This document shows positions 1 to 13,614 of a stretch of DNA of 64,000 nucleotides, one piece after another. The stretch is from contig OX597815.1 of assembly GCA_951406725.2 (NCBI GenBank), positions 30,938,001 through 31,002,000 on the forward strand, given 5' to 3'. Numbering within the stretch: position 1 is the stretch's first letter; the number at the start of each line of letters is the position of its first letter. The position numbers and the translations under genes are program-made. Source of the stretch: Octopus vulgaris (lineage: Eukaryota). The notes below the pieces were generated by a model. That model did not search any database. It saw only the letters and a program-made list of their open reading frames with translations, and was not told the DNA's origin.

Positions 1-15
1 CATTCTCTGTCATAG

Positions 16-77
<62 letters not shown>

Positions 78-101
78 TATATATATATGTATATACGCAT
101 A

Positions 102-612
<511 letters not shown>

Positions 613-614
613 GT

Positions 615-1110
615 CTCTCACCCAAATCTTCAGTGATAATTGAATGAACTCAACAGTACCCAATCTGCACGTCCGTTGATAACTCACGGATGGTGATTCG
701 ACGATTTCCCCGTCACAGCTGCACGCACATCTACGATGATTCTTTCATTTCTGCTGGTTGCGGGTCTCCCAGAACGTTTGTCAATATCGACATTTTTCAG
801 CCATCTTCGAAACGCCTGAACTCCTCGTACACCTGCATGCGGCTCATGCATTCCTCCCCATGCACTTTCAGAAACTCTGTGTAGGCCTCTGAGCAAGTTT
901 TGCCCTAACAACATTCTCTGTCATAGTCAATGCGACGATCACATGCTACACATTTTCCTTCCAAGCACTGCTCTAAAGAGTGGAAGTAGGGTAGAAGTTT
1001 AAACTTAGTGCGCATGCACAACAGAGTTCCAAATCAATCTTTGCCTTCACTCTGCTTGCTTTAGCTTCGTTAATATGGCAGCGGTACGGATACTTATTGA
1101 TCAGACCTCG
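615..1110 (-). mobile_element. Mariner-type DNA transposon 5' fragment (TIR plus N-terminal HTH region, pseudogenised)
   Basis: Minus-strand frames give ECMSRMQVYEEFRRFEDG and DKRSGRPATSRNE..VRAAV, typical of the mariner transposase HTH region. Mariner-like terminus cgaggtctgatcaataagtatc at 1089-1110 is flanked by TA. Confidence 0.75.
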
Positions 1111-1117
1111 TATATTG

Positions 1118-1310
1118 TTTTACTGTTTTATTGTTTTACTTGTTTCAGTCATTTGACTGCGACCAGGCTGGAGCATCGCCTTTATTCGAAGAGATCGACC
1201 GCAGGACTTATTCTTTGTTAGCCTACTAGTATGTTTCAGGGATGTAAACGCACCAACATCAGTCGTTAAAATATTATAGGGGTACAAATACAGACACGCA
1301 TCCACATAAA
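1118..1310 (-). mobile_element. SINE family A, 3' half
   Basis: Reverse complement of the A tail (ttttacttgtttcagtcatttgactgcg...ggagcatcgcc). Confidence 0.8.
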
Positions 1311-1332
1311 CATTATATATATATACATGCAT

Positions 1333-1670
1333 GTGGAGGCGCAATGGCTCAGTGGTTGGGGCATGGGACTCGCGGTTTCGATTTCCAGACCGGATGTTGT
1401 GAGTGTTTGAGTAAAATCACCTGAAGCTCCACGAAACCTGCTGTACTCTTTCACCATAACTTTCTCTCACTCTTCCTGCTTTTGCTGTACCTGTATTTCA
1501 CAGGGCCATCCTTGTCACATTCTGTGTCACGCTGAAACTCCCCGAGAACTACGTTAAGTGAACACGTGTCTGTGGAGTGCTCAGTCACTTGCACGTTAAT
1601 GTCACGACCAAGCTGTTTCGTTGATCAGTACAACTGGAACCCTCGCCGCCGTAACAGACAGAGTGCCACG
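1333..1670 (+). mobile_element. SINE family C (head C1 plus tail T1)
   Basis: gtggaggcgcaatggctcagtggtt (A box) ... gtttcgatttcc (B box) ... ggaaccctcgccgccgtaacagacagagtgcca; homologous to 51366-51725. Confidence 0.85.
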
Positions 1671-1671
1671 A

Positions 1672-1720
<49 letters not shown>

Positions 1721-1893
1721 CATGATTGTTTGTATGTATATACATTTATTGATACCTCATCCGGGCACATACGTCTTCATAATGTTCAGCAAATCTTACT
1801 GATGCAGTAACTTCATCACTGATTCAAAAAACAATATTCATGCACAACTCGTTTAAGGATTGTCATGAAGTAAAGGTTGGAGCCGAAATACTG

Positions 1894-2250
1894 TTTACTC
1901 TTTTACTCTCTTTTACTTGTTTCAGTCATTTGACTGCGACCATACTGGAGCACCGACTTTAGTCGAGCAATTCGACCCCAAGACTTATTCTTTGTAAGCC
2001 TAGTACTTATTCTATCGGTCTCTTTTGCTGAACCGCTAATTTACGGGGACGTAAACACCAGCATCGGTTGTCAAGCGATGTTGGGGGTACAAACACAGAC
2101 GCACAAACATATACACACACATACATATATATATATATACATATATATGACGGGCTTCTTTCAGTTTCCGTCTACCAAATCCATTCACAAGGCTTTGGTC
2201 GGCCCGAGTTGTGGTTGTTAAGCAAGCTACTTACCACACAGCCACTCCTA
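1894..2250 (-). mobile_element. SINE family A with internal deletion
   Basis: Tail (ttttactc)n, body, microsatellite and head (ttaccacacagccactcctacg) all present. Confidence 0.9.
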
Positions 2251-2606
2251 CGTTTTTAAATAATATTTTCTTTACAAGGCCAAAACTGTGGCTCGCTCAG
2301 AAAATAGAAAATCCGCCAAAATGATGATGTAGGACCAAATTAAGGAAATGAATGAAATAATGACGTAAGAAAAAACATCTCCCGAATATAATGAAATAAA
2401 GCACTGTTAATATCAGATGTATACTAGAATAAATGTCAGTTTCCTAGGAGAGTTCTAAAACCTGGGAGTGAATAAATAATTTGCTATAAGTATTCAACAA
2501 CTCGGAACTATGAGTAGCAACCGAGAGTAATTTTTGTACTAAGTATGTGTGTTTATGTAAGTATTTGAGAGTGCTTGCATGTTTATAAATGTCTTCGTCT
2601 TTGAGC

Positions 2607-2607
<1 letters not shown>

Positions 2608-2687
<80 letters not shown>
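2608..2687. repeat. (GATA)n microsatellite
   Basis: Seen directly; a second array lies at about 3245-3368. Confidence 0.97.
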
Positions 2688-2688
<1 letters not shown>

Positions 2689-3006
2689 TTTGATATCGTG
2701 TATAGTCAGATATGCAAAGAGCTCCTCGGCGAAGAGTGTGTCAGGTGAAAATTGTCTTTTGTGTGCCATGTGCATGAATAGCACACCAGGGAACCAGAAA
2801 TGAGGTTATTGGACCATAGAATTCGGATTTCTAACTTGTTATGTTTCATCAGCTACTGATTTCGTCTCCGCCATTGAAAACTGGCGCATAATTGCCTTTC
2901 TTATGTTTAAACAGAAAATAAGACATTTGCTGATGTGAGAACAAAGCTATAAGTTTAATTAATTACACACGCGCACAAAAGAAGAAACACACAGACGTAA
3001 ATACAA

Positions 3007-3045
<39 letters not shown>

Positions 3046-3244
3046 TTTATAGCGTAGCTAGTTCCTCTGTACGTGTTGGGTTCACGTAGATTTTGGTGTA
3101 GCGATAGAATGTAGAATTACTATATTTTACAATCGGTAATGCGTACTTTTAGTTTCGGATGTATACACACACACACACATACACACGCACACACACACAC
3201 ACACACACACACGCGCGCATATATGAATATAGGTTTGTGTATGG

Positions 3245-3369
<125 letters not shown>

Positions 3370-3728
3370 GAAGGTAGAATAAATGAATAGTTTGACAGAT
3401 AGACGAGCTAGCAGAGTAATAGATGTAACGATTGTTATTTACTGACAATACTGTTAATCAAAAACATTGTCTTCGTGCATCGCAAAGTATAATTGAAACT
3501 TGTATATCCTACCACAACAAAGACTGTTATTTCCTCCAACGGAATCAACAAACAAATCAGTAACTTCCTGCATAATTAAAATAATTTCACTTCTCGAAAT
3601 ACTAACATCAAAACCAATTATTCTCAATTAAATTATCATCTCATGGCAACTTTCGATATTAATTCAATTCGTCGGTGTTCTACTAAATCACATTTTAGAT
3701 GTTATTCATGGCTAATTATATATATAGA

Positions 3729-3784
<56 letters not shown>

Positions 3785-4085
3785 TCGTCAATTTTTCCGT
3801 TCTTCTCAAATAGAGATGAAATTTCGAATTCTAAACACCCAAATTAATAAGAAGTATACCTATTTCTAACGTTGGCACAAGGCCACACATCAATATTTCA
3901 TTGATACTTGTTTAATCCATCCGGGGTGGGGGTGGGTGTTGATATGAGCGACAGTTTGTCCCAACAGATATCAGAACTGAAACTGAGGTAAAATATATCC
4001 GGAACGAAATTTTAACTGGTGCTCCGATGAGTTTATGTCACCGTCTGATATTATGTTAGACATTGATTTCTACCTTACGTACAAA

Positions 4086-4129
<44 letters not shown>

Positions 4130-4363
4130 GAAGTTATGTATTGTTCATTGGATTGACTCCCAGCCGTTTTCTTCTTATTAGTTTCGTTCCATGCTCGACT
4201 GCACATTGAGTCTTCCAGTGACATCTGTGCATTCTTGTACTTTTTATGAGATGCCTTTGCCTGTACTGCTCTCTTGGTTGTTCTGCCTTTCAGGAGAAAT
4301 CCCTCTTGTGAGTGGTTGCCCACGTCCCTTTCCACGCGCATTGTAGAACATTCTGGAGAGAGA

Positions 4364-4394
<31 letters not shown>

Positions 4395-4395
4395 C

Positions 4396-4434
<39 letters not shown>

Positions 4435-6960
4435 ACAGACAGAAAGAGAGTAACAGAAAGGCAGAGACAGAGACAGATGTAGAGAGACGAGGATAGAATA
4501 AAAGGAAGTAGAAATTGAATCTAGTAAATGACTGAGTCAGAGAATTCGGATAGGTTGCCACGTGGTATGTGTTCCTGCTTTATGTATATACTCTGAGTTA
4601 CAAATTGTCTCGTCGTAGGATCATAAATCTATGTCCTCTACTTTCCAATTACGTAACTGCTAAATATATTATCAAACTCAATCAGACCGACTTTCGAGCT
4701 CACAACAGTAAAGACATAACCAAATACCTCAAGGAATTACATTGCTATTCTAATACCATCCTTTTCATTCTCTAATAAATGAACCTCTACATGGTGTAGG
4801 ATCCTGTAATCTGATTGGGTGGGAAAGTACAATCGATTAGATCTATCTCAGTTCATAAATGGTACTTATTTCAAAGATCTCGGAAAACATAAAATGGATT
4901 TGAACTTAGAATGTAAGCGAACACAATGAACTTGTATTTTGTAAATGAAACATTATTGTATCCAGATTATTAGATTTGTGACTCTGTGACTCTTGAATCT
5001 GTAATGCATGATCAAATTGCTCCTTCTCTTTACACTGAGGCTTTTTTTATCGACTTTTGTTTTTGCAAGAGATTCGCTCGTGTTGACCATTTCAGATAAT
5101 CAATGAATAATTAAATAAATAATGTAAACAATATCGATGTTGTGCTTAGACATTGGCTATAAGAAATTGGAGTGGAACATGCGCTAAAGACACTTCAATA
5201 ATGTCCATCTAGTCTTTTAGTAAATTGGAACTCCTTTGATGAATGTGGCCATCTTTATATAAGACGATAATGTTTGCATTGAAGATAAATTGATTGCTAC
5301 TTCTAACATGCTTCGCTAATGCCTAGAAGCTCTCCTGTTGACTAGTAAATAATGGTGTTAATTCAACAGAGAGAAAAATCTACATCATGCATCCCGTTTA
5401 GCACCACAATCTCGCCCTTCAGTGCCTTTAGTGGAGTTCATTCCTTTCAGATATTTGAGCCAGGTTTAAGATCTGTGGTTAATTCTTATTATTATCAATT
5501 GGTATCGAAGGCCCTATGAACGTCATTGGATAATCTCTTTCACTTTTCCCCCAAAACCATTATCAAATAAAATAGAAAAATATTCCTGTAACGCAAGACT
5601 GCGATCGTGTTTCGCTTTCAGGCTAATGATGTTTATTTTTCAATTCGAATACACCATTAAGGTCATTGGAATAGACCACGTTACAGCATTCTTGTACTTC
5701 CCTCTATATCTAAAGCATTGTGAAATCGAGAGATATTCTGTTACAGAGGAAAGCAATAAAAATAACATAAAATGTGTTATTGTTTTTGTTTTTGTTGGAA
5801 CGAATATTTTGTATTTGGTAATAGTGGAATTTTAGAAAAGGAAAAGGAGTGATTTTATTTTCGAAATGTCTGAAAGGCGTAATTTTTATGAATTGGCTTC
5901 AACCCCAATAAACTGGATACAATAACGATTCTTTTACTGCGTGAAAGACGCGTGGTTCTTAGGGAAGTAGATGGGAAATTTATGACCTACATGTGTTCGC
6001 CAAAGGTATTAAAGATTAAATTTGCGTTTACTATCGTTGACTTTTAAAATATTTTAGACTGAGAAAACGCTTAGGTCAATAGACTTCGCTGGTTCTATTT
6101 CAAACCCTGTTTAAACAATGTTGTTGATGTTCGTGAACGACTTCAGGTCAACGACCTCAGGATAAACAAGGGCAGTGAAGAACACATCGCGATATAACGT
6201 TCTGGAAGGGAAACAATTGTGTGAAAGGACCAGTGCAGGGTCTGACGTAGGTGAAAAGAACAATATAGGTAGAAAGAAGAGGAGAGACGAATATGTTGGG
6301 CGAGTAGAAGTGGAATTAGCAGGAATCCTTCCGGCCAGTTCCAAGGGACAGAGGAACTTAGTCTGGTGCGAATACAAAATATAGTGTGAGGAAATAGATC
6401 GTCCATGTTTTAAATGTTTACTGCGTTGTTGAGCGATATCATACCAACCGGAACTTTAATATGATAATCATAATTAAGTATGGAGCAAAGGGATCTTTTC
6501 AATGATTTTGTACACATCTAAAGTTATCTAACGCTTTATGCCATTTTGTGTTATTATTTTGTACAATCTTTTATCTTATATTCTACTATTTTGTTTTCTA
6601 AATACTGGTCAAGTTTTAATTAAATTCTACGTTAACCTAACATTGATCGCCTGTTCTATAAAACCAACAGAGAATATTTTAATCTGCGCGTTTAACATGA
6701 ATCATTCCAATGTTTATCGCTTATCCTCAAGAAATTACTTAAGGGATCGAATATATTTACTGCCAGAACAATGTCTTCAAATCTATAGAGTTCGATATAC
6801 CTAGGATATTTACACAAACAAAGAATAATTAACTTTTAAATCTGTTTTAAATTAAGCAGGTAAAATTTTGTGAAATTGTGATAAGTTGGGATCATAAATC
6901 ATATCACTTTAACTACCCACTGCTACTCTAAAATATGACCTCTATGAGTATTTGCCATAC

Positions 6961-7194
6961 CTATTTCTTTACTACCCACAAGGGGCTAAACACAGAGAGA
7001 ACAAACAAGGACAGACAAACGGTTTAAGTCGATTATATCGACCCCAGTGCGTAACTGGTACTTATTTAATCGACCCCGAAAGGATGAAAGGCAAAGTCGA
7101 CCTCAGCGGAATTTGAACTCAGAACGTAGCGGCAGACGAAATACCGTTAAGCATTTCGCCCGGCGTGCTAACGATTCTGCCAGCTCGCCGCCTT
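6961..7194 (-). mobile_element. SINE family B (tRNA-like head, central gcctttcatcctttcggggtcgat domain, tail ending aagaaatag)
   Basis: Full-length copy, near-identical to 7579-7808, 35420-35633 and 50401-50626. Confidence 0.92.
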
Positions 7195-7578
7195 GGTAGC
7201 AAATTTCTCCGAAATCACATCCTACAGTATTAAAAAAGGAAAGAGATATTAGATAATATAGCCCTTGATATACAAAAAGACTGGGTAGTTAGCGCTGGAA
7301 TGTATTTCACTTCATTCACCTTAATACTGTTCGCTCAGAACTGAGCCGAGTCTAACAACAACAGCAACACATTCGGAACAAACCAACGAGGGAAACATCT
7401 AGCCGGTCACACATTCTTCTAGGAAAAATAGCCAAATCTCCTCTAACCCACGCCCGATAGTTGTAGAAAAATTGGAAAATATATACGAGTCAATCATGGC
7501 TGAAATATCTTTATTCCATTATACGTCTGCTTCATAAGGGTTGACCTGTGGTTGAAAAACAACAGCGACTATATTTAA

Positions 7579-7808
7579 AAGGCGGCGAGCTGGCAGAAAT
7601 GTTAGCACGCCGGGCGAAATGCGTAGCCGTATTTCGTCTGTCGTTAGGTTCTGAGTTCAAATTCCGCCGGTCAATTTTGCCTTTCATCCTTTCGGGGTCG
7701 ATAAATTAAGTACTAGTTACGCACTTGGGTCGATATAATCGACTTAATCCGTTTGTCTGTCCTTGTTTGTCACATCTGTGTTTAGCCCCTTGTGGGTAGT
7801 AAAGAAAT
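7579..7808 (+). mobile_element. SINE family B
   Basis: ggcggcgagctggcagaaatgttagcacg ... gagttcaaattcc ... ttagccccttgtgggtagtaaagaaata. Confidence 0.92.
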
Positions 7809-9083
7809 ATATATATATTCAAATGTCCGAAGCAGAAATGCTTAGACCGCATTCAACAGGACAATTTAATTTCTGCAACTAAATATTTTACTTAAAATTG
7901 ATTTAAAAGACAAATATATCCACCACAATTTGTTGTAAACTAGTGTATTGTGATCAAATTAGTCTGATAAGGCCTAACCAATTCCATGTTGTCAACTACG
8001 GTACAATTCAATGGCCTGAAGAATATCTAGGTTACTCTGCCTTCAATACTCATCTAGAAGAACGAATAAACTCACATTCTAGTGGGATTTACTGTCACTC
8101 TACCTAAGTTGTCATTTTGTTGTATTTAATTTTTATTTTTAATTATTTACTTTTTATATTTTTACATAACTTCCTTTTCCTAGAATTTGTTGGTAACCTC
8201 AAATGTTTCAAGCAACAACTTTTTCAACGTATTTTCTAAGTTCAAAAGCTCTGACAACGTCAGAATGAGAGATTCCACGGGATGTGCAGTTGTGATTATT
8301 CAATCATCTCATTTGTTTTCTTTATAATATTAACGAATGATTTGTATGTCGACTACAACAGGGACCTCAATTTAATTTTCAAGCTTAATTTATTAATATT
8401 CTACTCAGCTCTTTAGCTGGAATTTCCCCAAAACTAAAAGCCCCCTTTGGAGTTCTTTCAATTTCTACCCACATTAAATTTTAAACAGGTAAAGCATCTA
8501 TTTACAGCATTACAATGATTAAGGGATCTAGCTACAGGATAAAGCATCTAGATTTAAAAGGAATTCAAGTTCAAAGAATCATCATTTGCAACTAAATCTG
8601 TTAGTTACTCGAACATGTTCGCAATATCAAACAAAGTCACTCATTTATCATTTATGCACACTGCTAAAATTATTTTGGAGAGCACTGCCAATCATACCTA
8701 CCGCGGTACTTGATTGATGCTTTATTTTATCAATATTGGATGGAAAGCAAACGTTCGAGGGATTTGAACTCAGAACACAAAGAGTTGGAACAAATCGGAT
8801 TCATTTTAACCTCCTCCTATTTTATTTCAGCTGAAGGTAAAATTTTGGCACAAGGCCAGCAATTTCAGGGGATGCCGATAGTCAGTTACACCCACCCGGT
8901 GATCAACTGGTACTTATTTTATCGACTTGTAAGGATGAAAAGCAACAGCGGTCAGGACGGCACTTGAAACCTCGGGTAAAAACGGACGAAATTCTGCTAA
9001 GCATTTTGCTCGTTTACGTTCTGAGCTAACACACTTCTGCTAGTTCGCTGCCTTTCGCGCTACTAATTAATAACATGTGTTGT

Positions 9084-9372
9084 GTGGAGGCGCGCGGCTT
9101 AGTGGTTAGAGTGTCAGTATCATGATCGTAAGATCGTGGTTTCGACTCCTGGACCGGGCGACGCGTTGTATTCTTGAGCAAAACACTTTATTTCACGTTG
9201 CTCCAGTCCACTCAGCTTGCAAAAATGAGTAACGCTGCGATGGACTGGCGTCTCGTCCAGCTGGGGAAGACATACGCCATTGAAATCGGGAAACCGGGGC
9301 CATGAGCGTGGCGAGGCTTGGACAGAGCGCATTTATTTAAGAAATTTCGCCCCCTGTGGGTAATAAAGAAAT
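9084..9372 (+). mobile_element. SINE family C (head C2, tail T2, short B-type terminus) with 17-bp TSD
   Basis: A and B boxes; CORE-like ttcttgagcaaaacactttatttcac; TSD ttaataacat(g/c)tgttgt at 9067-9083 and 9373-9389. Confidence 0.85.
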
Positions 9373-9840
9373 TTAATAACATCTGTTGTATGTAGCATAG
9401 TATAGACGGCAAATATTTCTCACTCGTGATAATTTCTCATTGTTCGGAAGGTTCACTTCACACACTTTCGAAGTGAATAGATTTTAAAAACAGAAAAAAA
9501 GAAAGAAAAATAAATACTGAGTAAAGATTATGGCATTCGCAACAATACATCGCAAGACTGGCGGTATTGGTGATATGAAAGTACATCTCTGTGCTTAAAT
9601 CATTGGGATTATCGTTTGTTTTCAAATATTTCAGAGACGGTTTGCGACAGAAAAATAAGAAAAAAATATATTTGAACTTTTCAAATAATAAAATATAAAA
9701 CAAAGTTTTGTTTTGAATGTAAAGTATTATTGCTTGTGAGGTTTATAAGGTCAATTATATTTCACAAGTATGTCACTGGGATTGAAAACAGCAACAAATA
9801 TTACACACATTAGCACACTCACACACACACATTATATATA

Positions 9841-9884
<44 letters not shown>

Positions 9885-11469
9885 TATATATATAATCATG
9901 AATATGTGTACACACACACAGACACACAAACGTGTTCGTGAGTCTATGTGCACCTCTGTGTGTTTGTGTGCGTATGTGTGTGAGAGTCTCTGTGTGCATG
10001 CAGTGTGTGTACGTGTGTGTGTATGTGTGTGTATATGTGTGTGTGTGCATATGTACGTGCGCGAGTTATATGACATTAACTTTTTGAACTTGGAGTCTCC
10101 GATGCTTTCTTGCATTCCTGAACAAAAGAATAGCGCGCAATTTTTTCCAGTAGCCAAAATATCAACTGACTCAACATAGCAACTCTGTTTACATTTGAAT
10201 CACTATTTCAAAGGTCAAATCGTGTATAAAATCTATCAATTTTTTCAGATATTTTCTTTATGGCAATGGCGCTATACGGATGTTGTTTATAAAACGTTTT
10301 ATCATTTTTCCTGTTGTTCCCTGTTAATCTCTTCGCTGTCACTTAGAATGGAGAATGATTGTTCATTTAAGCGAGAGACTATACGTGATTTCTTCTAATG
10401 GTGGCTGAGTGGGTACAGGGTGTAAATAACAAAACAGATTTTTCATAACGGCATGCTTTCTATCTTTGTTGATGTGTCTCACTGTCGCAAATCTTCTACT
10501 AATAGCATAGAATTCTTCCACCTTCAGGATTTGAACTCAAAATTGTAAACAATTGAACAGTTCCTCAAGTAAACAACTTTATCCTAGCAATAACAATATG
10601 TTGCTCATGATTTATTTATTTATGTATTTATTTATGTATTTATTTATATTTATTTTGAGGTAGAAACATTAAATCCGTTAATACTTACAACTAGATCGTA
10701 CATTCTTGTGTCATTTGTAAACATACTTATTTCCCGCTGTTATAATCCAACTTGCTGTAAATAAAATATCATGACAGGTAGAGTTCTTATGTAAGCAGTA
10801 TAATAAGATCTGTATAACTGACAAATGTTTATTTAGTTATTAGTCCTGGGTAAGTAGATAGATATTATCATAATTGAAAGGGTGTTGCAGCATTCATGCT
10901 TTTAGCAAGAAACACAAAAACACTTCATTTCTTTTCTTTATAAATCAGAGAACTTTTATGAAACTAACAAAGAAAACAGTATCGATTTGAATTAAAGGTC
11001 AGCGTTGTAAAGTAGTAACCTCGACAACACCGTTTCAATCTTTGTTTGAAGCAAGTATGCTTAATTTACAGCTTTAAATTCCATACGAAAATATAATCAT
11101 CACATTTACCACTGTCATAGTAGATGAAAAATTTTTATCTAGCCAGAGAGGAATCAATATTAAACAGAACAACGACCTTTTTAGATGAGCTAATTAAATG
11201 CTTAAATACTTTAAGCATTTTACTTTGTTCGACTCTGTTGGGAATTTGAATTCTGTCAAAGTTATACAAAACTTTGATATTGGTTTCGGAGGAGGGAGTA
11301 AATCGATTACATCGACCCCAGTGCTCAGCTGCCACTTATTTTGTCGACCTCCGTGGAATTTGAACTCAGAATGAAAAGACGGACGAAAAGCCGCTAAGCA
11401 TTTTTTCTTACACGTCGGCAATTCTGCCAACTCACAGCTCTATACTAAACTCTGATATTAGTACCAACT

Positions 11470-11890
11470 AAGGCAGCGAGCAGGCATAATCGGTAGCGCG
11501 CTGGGTATAATGCTTAGCAGCATTTCGTCCGTTTTCACGTTCTGAGTTCAAGCCCCACCGAGGTGATGTTGCTTTTACCCTTCAAGGTCGATAAGATAAG
11601 TACCTATTTCTTTACTACCCACAAGGGGCTAAAAATAGAGGGTACAAACAAAGACAGATATAGGTATTAAGTCGATTATATCGACCCCAGTGCGTAACTG
11701 GTACTTAATTTATCGACCCCGAAAGGATGAAAGGCAAAGTCGACCTCGGTGGAATTTGAACTCGTCGGCGTGCTAACGTTTCTGCCAGCTCGCCGCCGAT
11801 AAGATACGTACCATTTGAACACTGGACCGATGTATTACACTTATCCATCCCACTAAATCATAGGCCTTGTGGCAGAATTTAAAACCAGTA
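11470..11890 (+). mobile_element. Old SINE B interrupted by a younger antisense SINE B (11605-11797)
   Basis: 15-bp TSD gataagata(a/c)gtacc at 11590-11604 and 11798-11812. Confidence 0.85.
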
Positions 11891-12446
11891 TTAGTACTAG
11901 CTTCAAAAGATGTCAACAATCCGGTACCGTTTACAATTCAGTAAATTATAAACCTCATTTTTATAATTAATCTGCACCAGATTACGTCAATTCAAGAATG
12001 CGAGAGATACCGGAGAGGAACACAAACTTTCTACCATTCAAAACCTGGCATGATTTCGACATATAACGCTTTTGAGAAAAGTATTAATGACACCTAATCT
12101 CATATTTTCTTAGTATAAAAGCGTACACACACACACACTGACGCACACACACACACACACACACGCACACACCACACCCATACACGCATACCCACACACA
12201 TCTGCACGCTTGTGGTTTTATAACTATGTACTTAATTTTAATGCACAATTAACAAAACTGAGGGTAAATTCTTAGAGTGCTGGACACAGTGCGCGTAACA
12301 TAAATATATTTAATTATGTTTTAATACAATATTAGATTTCATTATATTTTATATGACAATAATTAGCTTATCTAAACTTGTCGCTGTTCTATTTAATTTT
12401 GGAATACTTCTCTGTGACTAGCCATTAGATATATATATGATGTACA

Positions 12447-12610
12447 TAGGCGCAGGAGTGGCTGTGTGGTAAGTAGCTTGCTATCCAATCACACGGTTCC
12501 AGGTTCAGTCCCACTGCGTGGCATCTTGGGCAAGTGTCTTCTGCTATAGCCCCGGGCCGACCAATGCCTTGTGAGTGGATTTGGTACACGGAAACTGAAA
12601 GAAGCCTGTC

Positions 12611-12685
<75 letters not shown>

Positions 12686-12898
12686 TGTCTGTGTTTGTCC
12701 CCCTAGCATTGCTTGACAACCGATGCTGGTGTGTTTACGTCCCCGTCACTTAGCGGTTCGGCAAAAGAGACCGATAGAATAAGTACAGGGCTTACAGAGA
12801 ATAAGTCCCGGGGTCGATTTGCTCGACTAAAGGCGGTGCTCCAGCATGGCCGCAGTCAAATGACTGAAACAAGTAAAAGAGTAAAAGAGTAAAAGAGA
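12447..12898 (+). mobile_element. SINE family A, full-length
   Basis: Head taggcgcaggagtggctgtgtggtaag; B box ggttcagtccc; internal (TA)n(TG)n; tail aaggcggtgctccagcatggccgcagtcaaatgactgaaacaa(gtaaaaga)n. Confidence 0.93.
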
Positions 12899-13242
12899 TA
12901 AGATCACCCTGGCTCGTCTTCTTTGTCTTTCCTCTCAGTTCATCAGCAGTTTCTACATATGTTTGAACAATTTTAACCATTATGAATAGCTACATTGTCT
13001 CTTAACATGCATTGTGCAAACGTGTGTGAGGTCTGTACATTCATTAACTTCACTACAGATAAAACTTGGTTCTTGTAATTCGTTCGGCATTGTCACAGAT
13101 GCTGAATTGTTTGAGATTCTGAATTCTCTACACCAAGTAATATCCACACGTACCTGCATCTCACACCCACATACTGCTGCTGCTCCAAAACAGATTTAAA
13201 CACTGCTACTCCAAACAGATTTACTTAGAGAATTTCTCATCT

Positions 13243-13269
13243 TTATATATATATATGTGTGTGCGTATG

Positions 13270-13302
<33 letters not shown>

Positions 13303-13336
13303 ATATGTAGATATATATATGTATGTATGTCTATTA

Positions 13337-13382
<46 letters not shown>

Positions 13383-13457
13383 ATATGTATATGTATATAT
13401 ATATATGTATGTATGTATAAATATATATATGTATGTATATATATATATATATGTATG

Positions 13458-13489
<32 letters not shown>

Positions 13490-13523
13490 TGTATGTATAT
13501 ATATATATGCATATATATGTATG

Positions 13524-13554
<31 letters not shown>

Positions 13555-13614
13555 GTATGTATATATATATATGTATATATATATATGTATGTATATATAT
13601 ATATATATGTATAT
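13243..13614. repeat. Compound (TA)n/(TATG)n microsatellite at the LINE 3' end
   Basis: Seen directly. Confidence 0.95.

Noticed and set aside
4130-4350. Unique block between (TA)n and (GA)n with an 88-aa ORF
   Set aside because: No recognisable domain; possibly a transposon remnant but unsupported.
6111-6406. GC-richer island with three overlapping short ORFs
   Set aside because: No recognisable motif or clear splice signals; cannot support a call.
6961-7808. Large inverted repeat resembling transposon TIRs
   Set aside because: Two independent SINE B insertions in opposite orientation.
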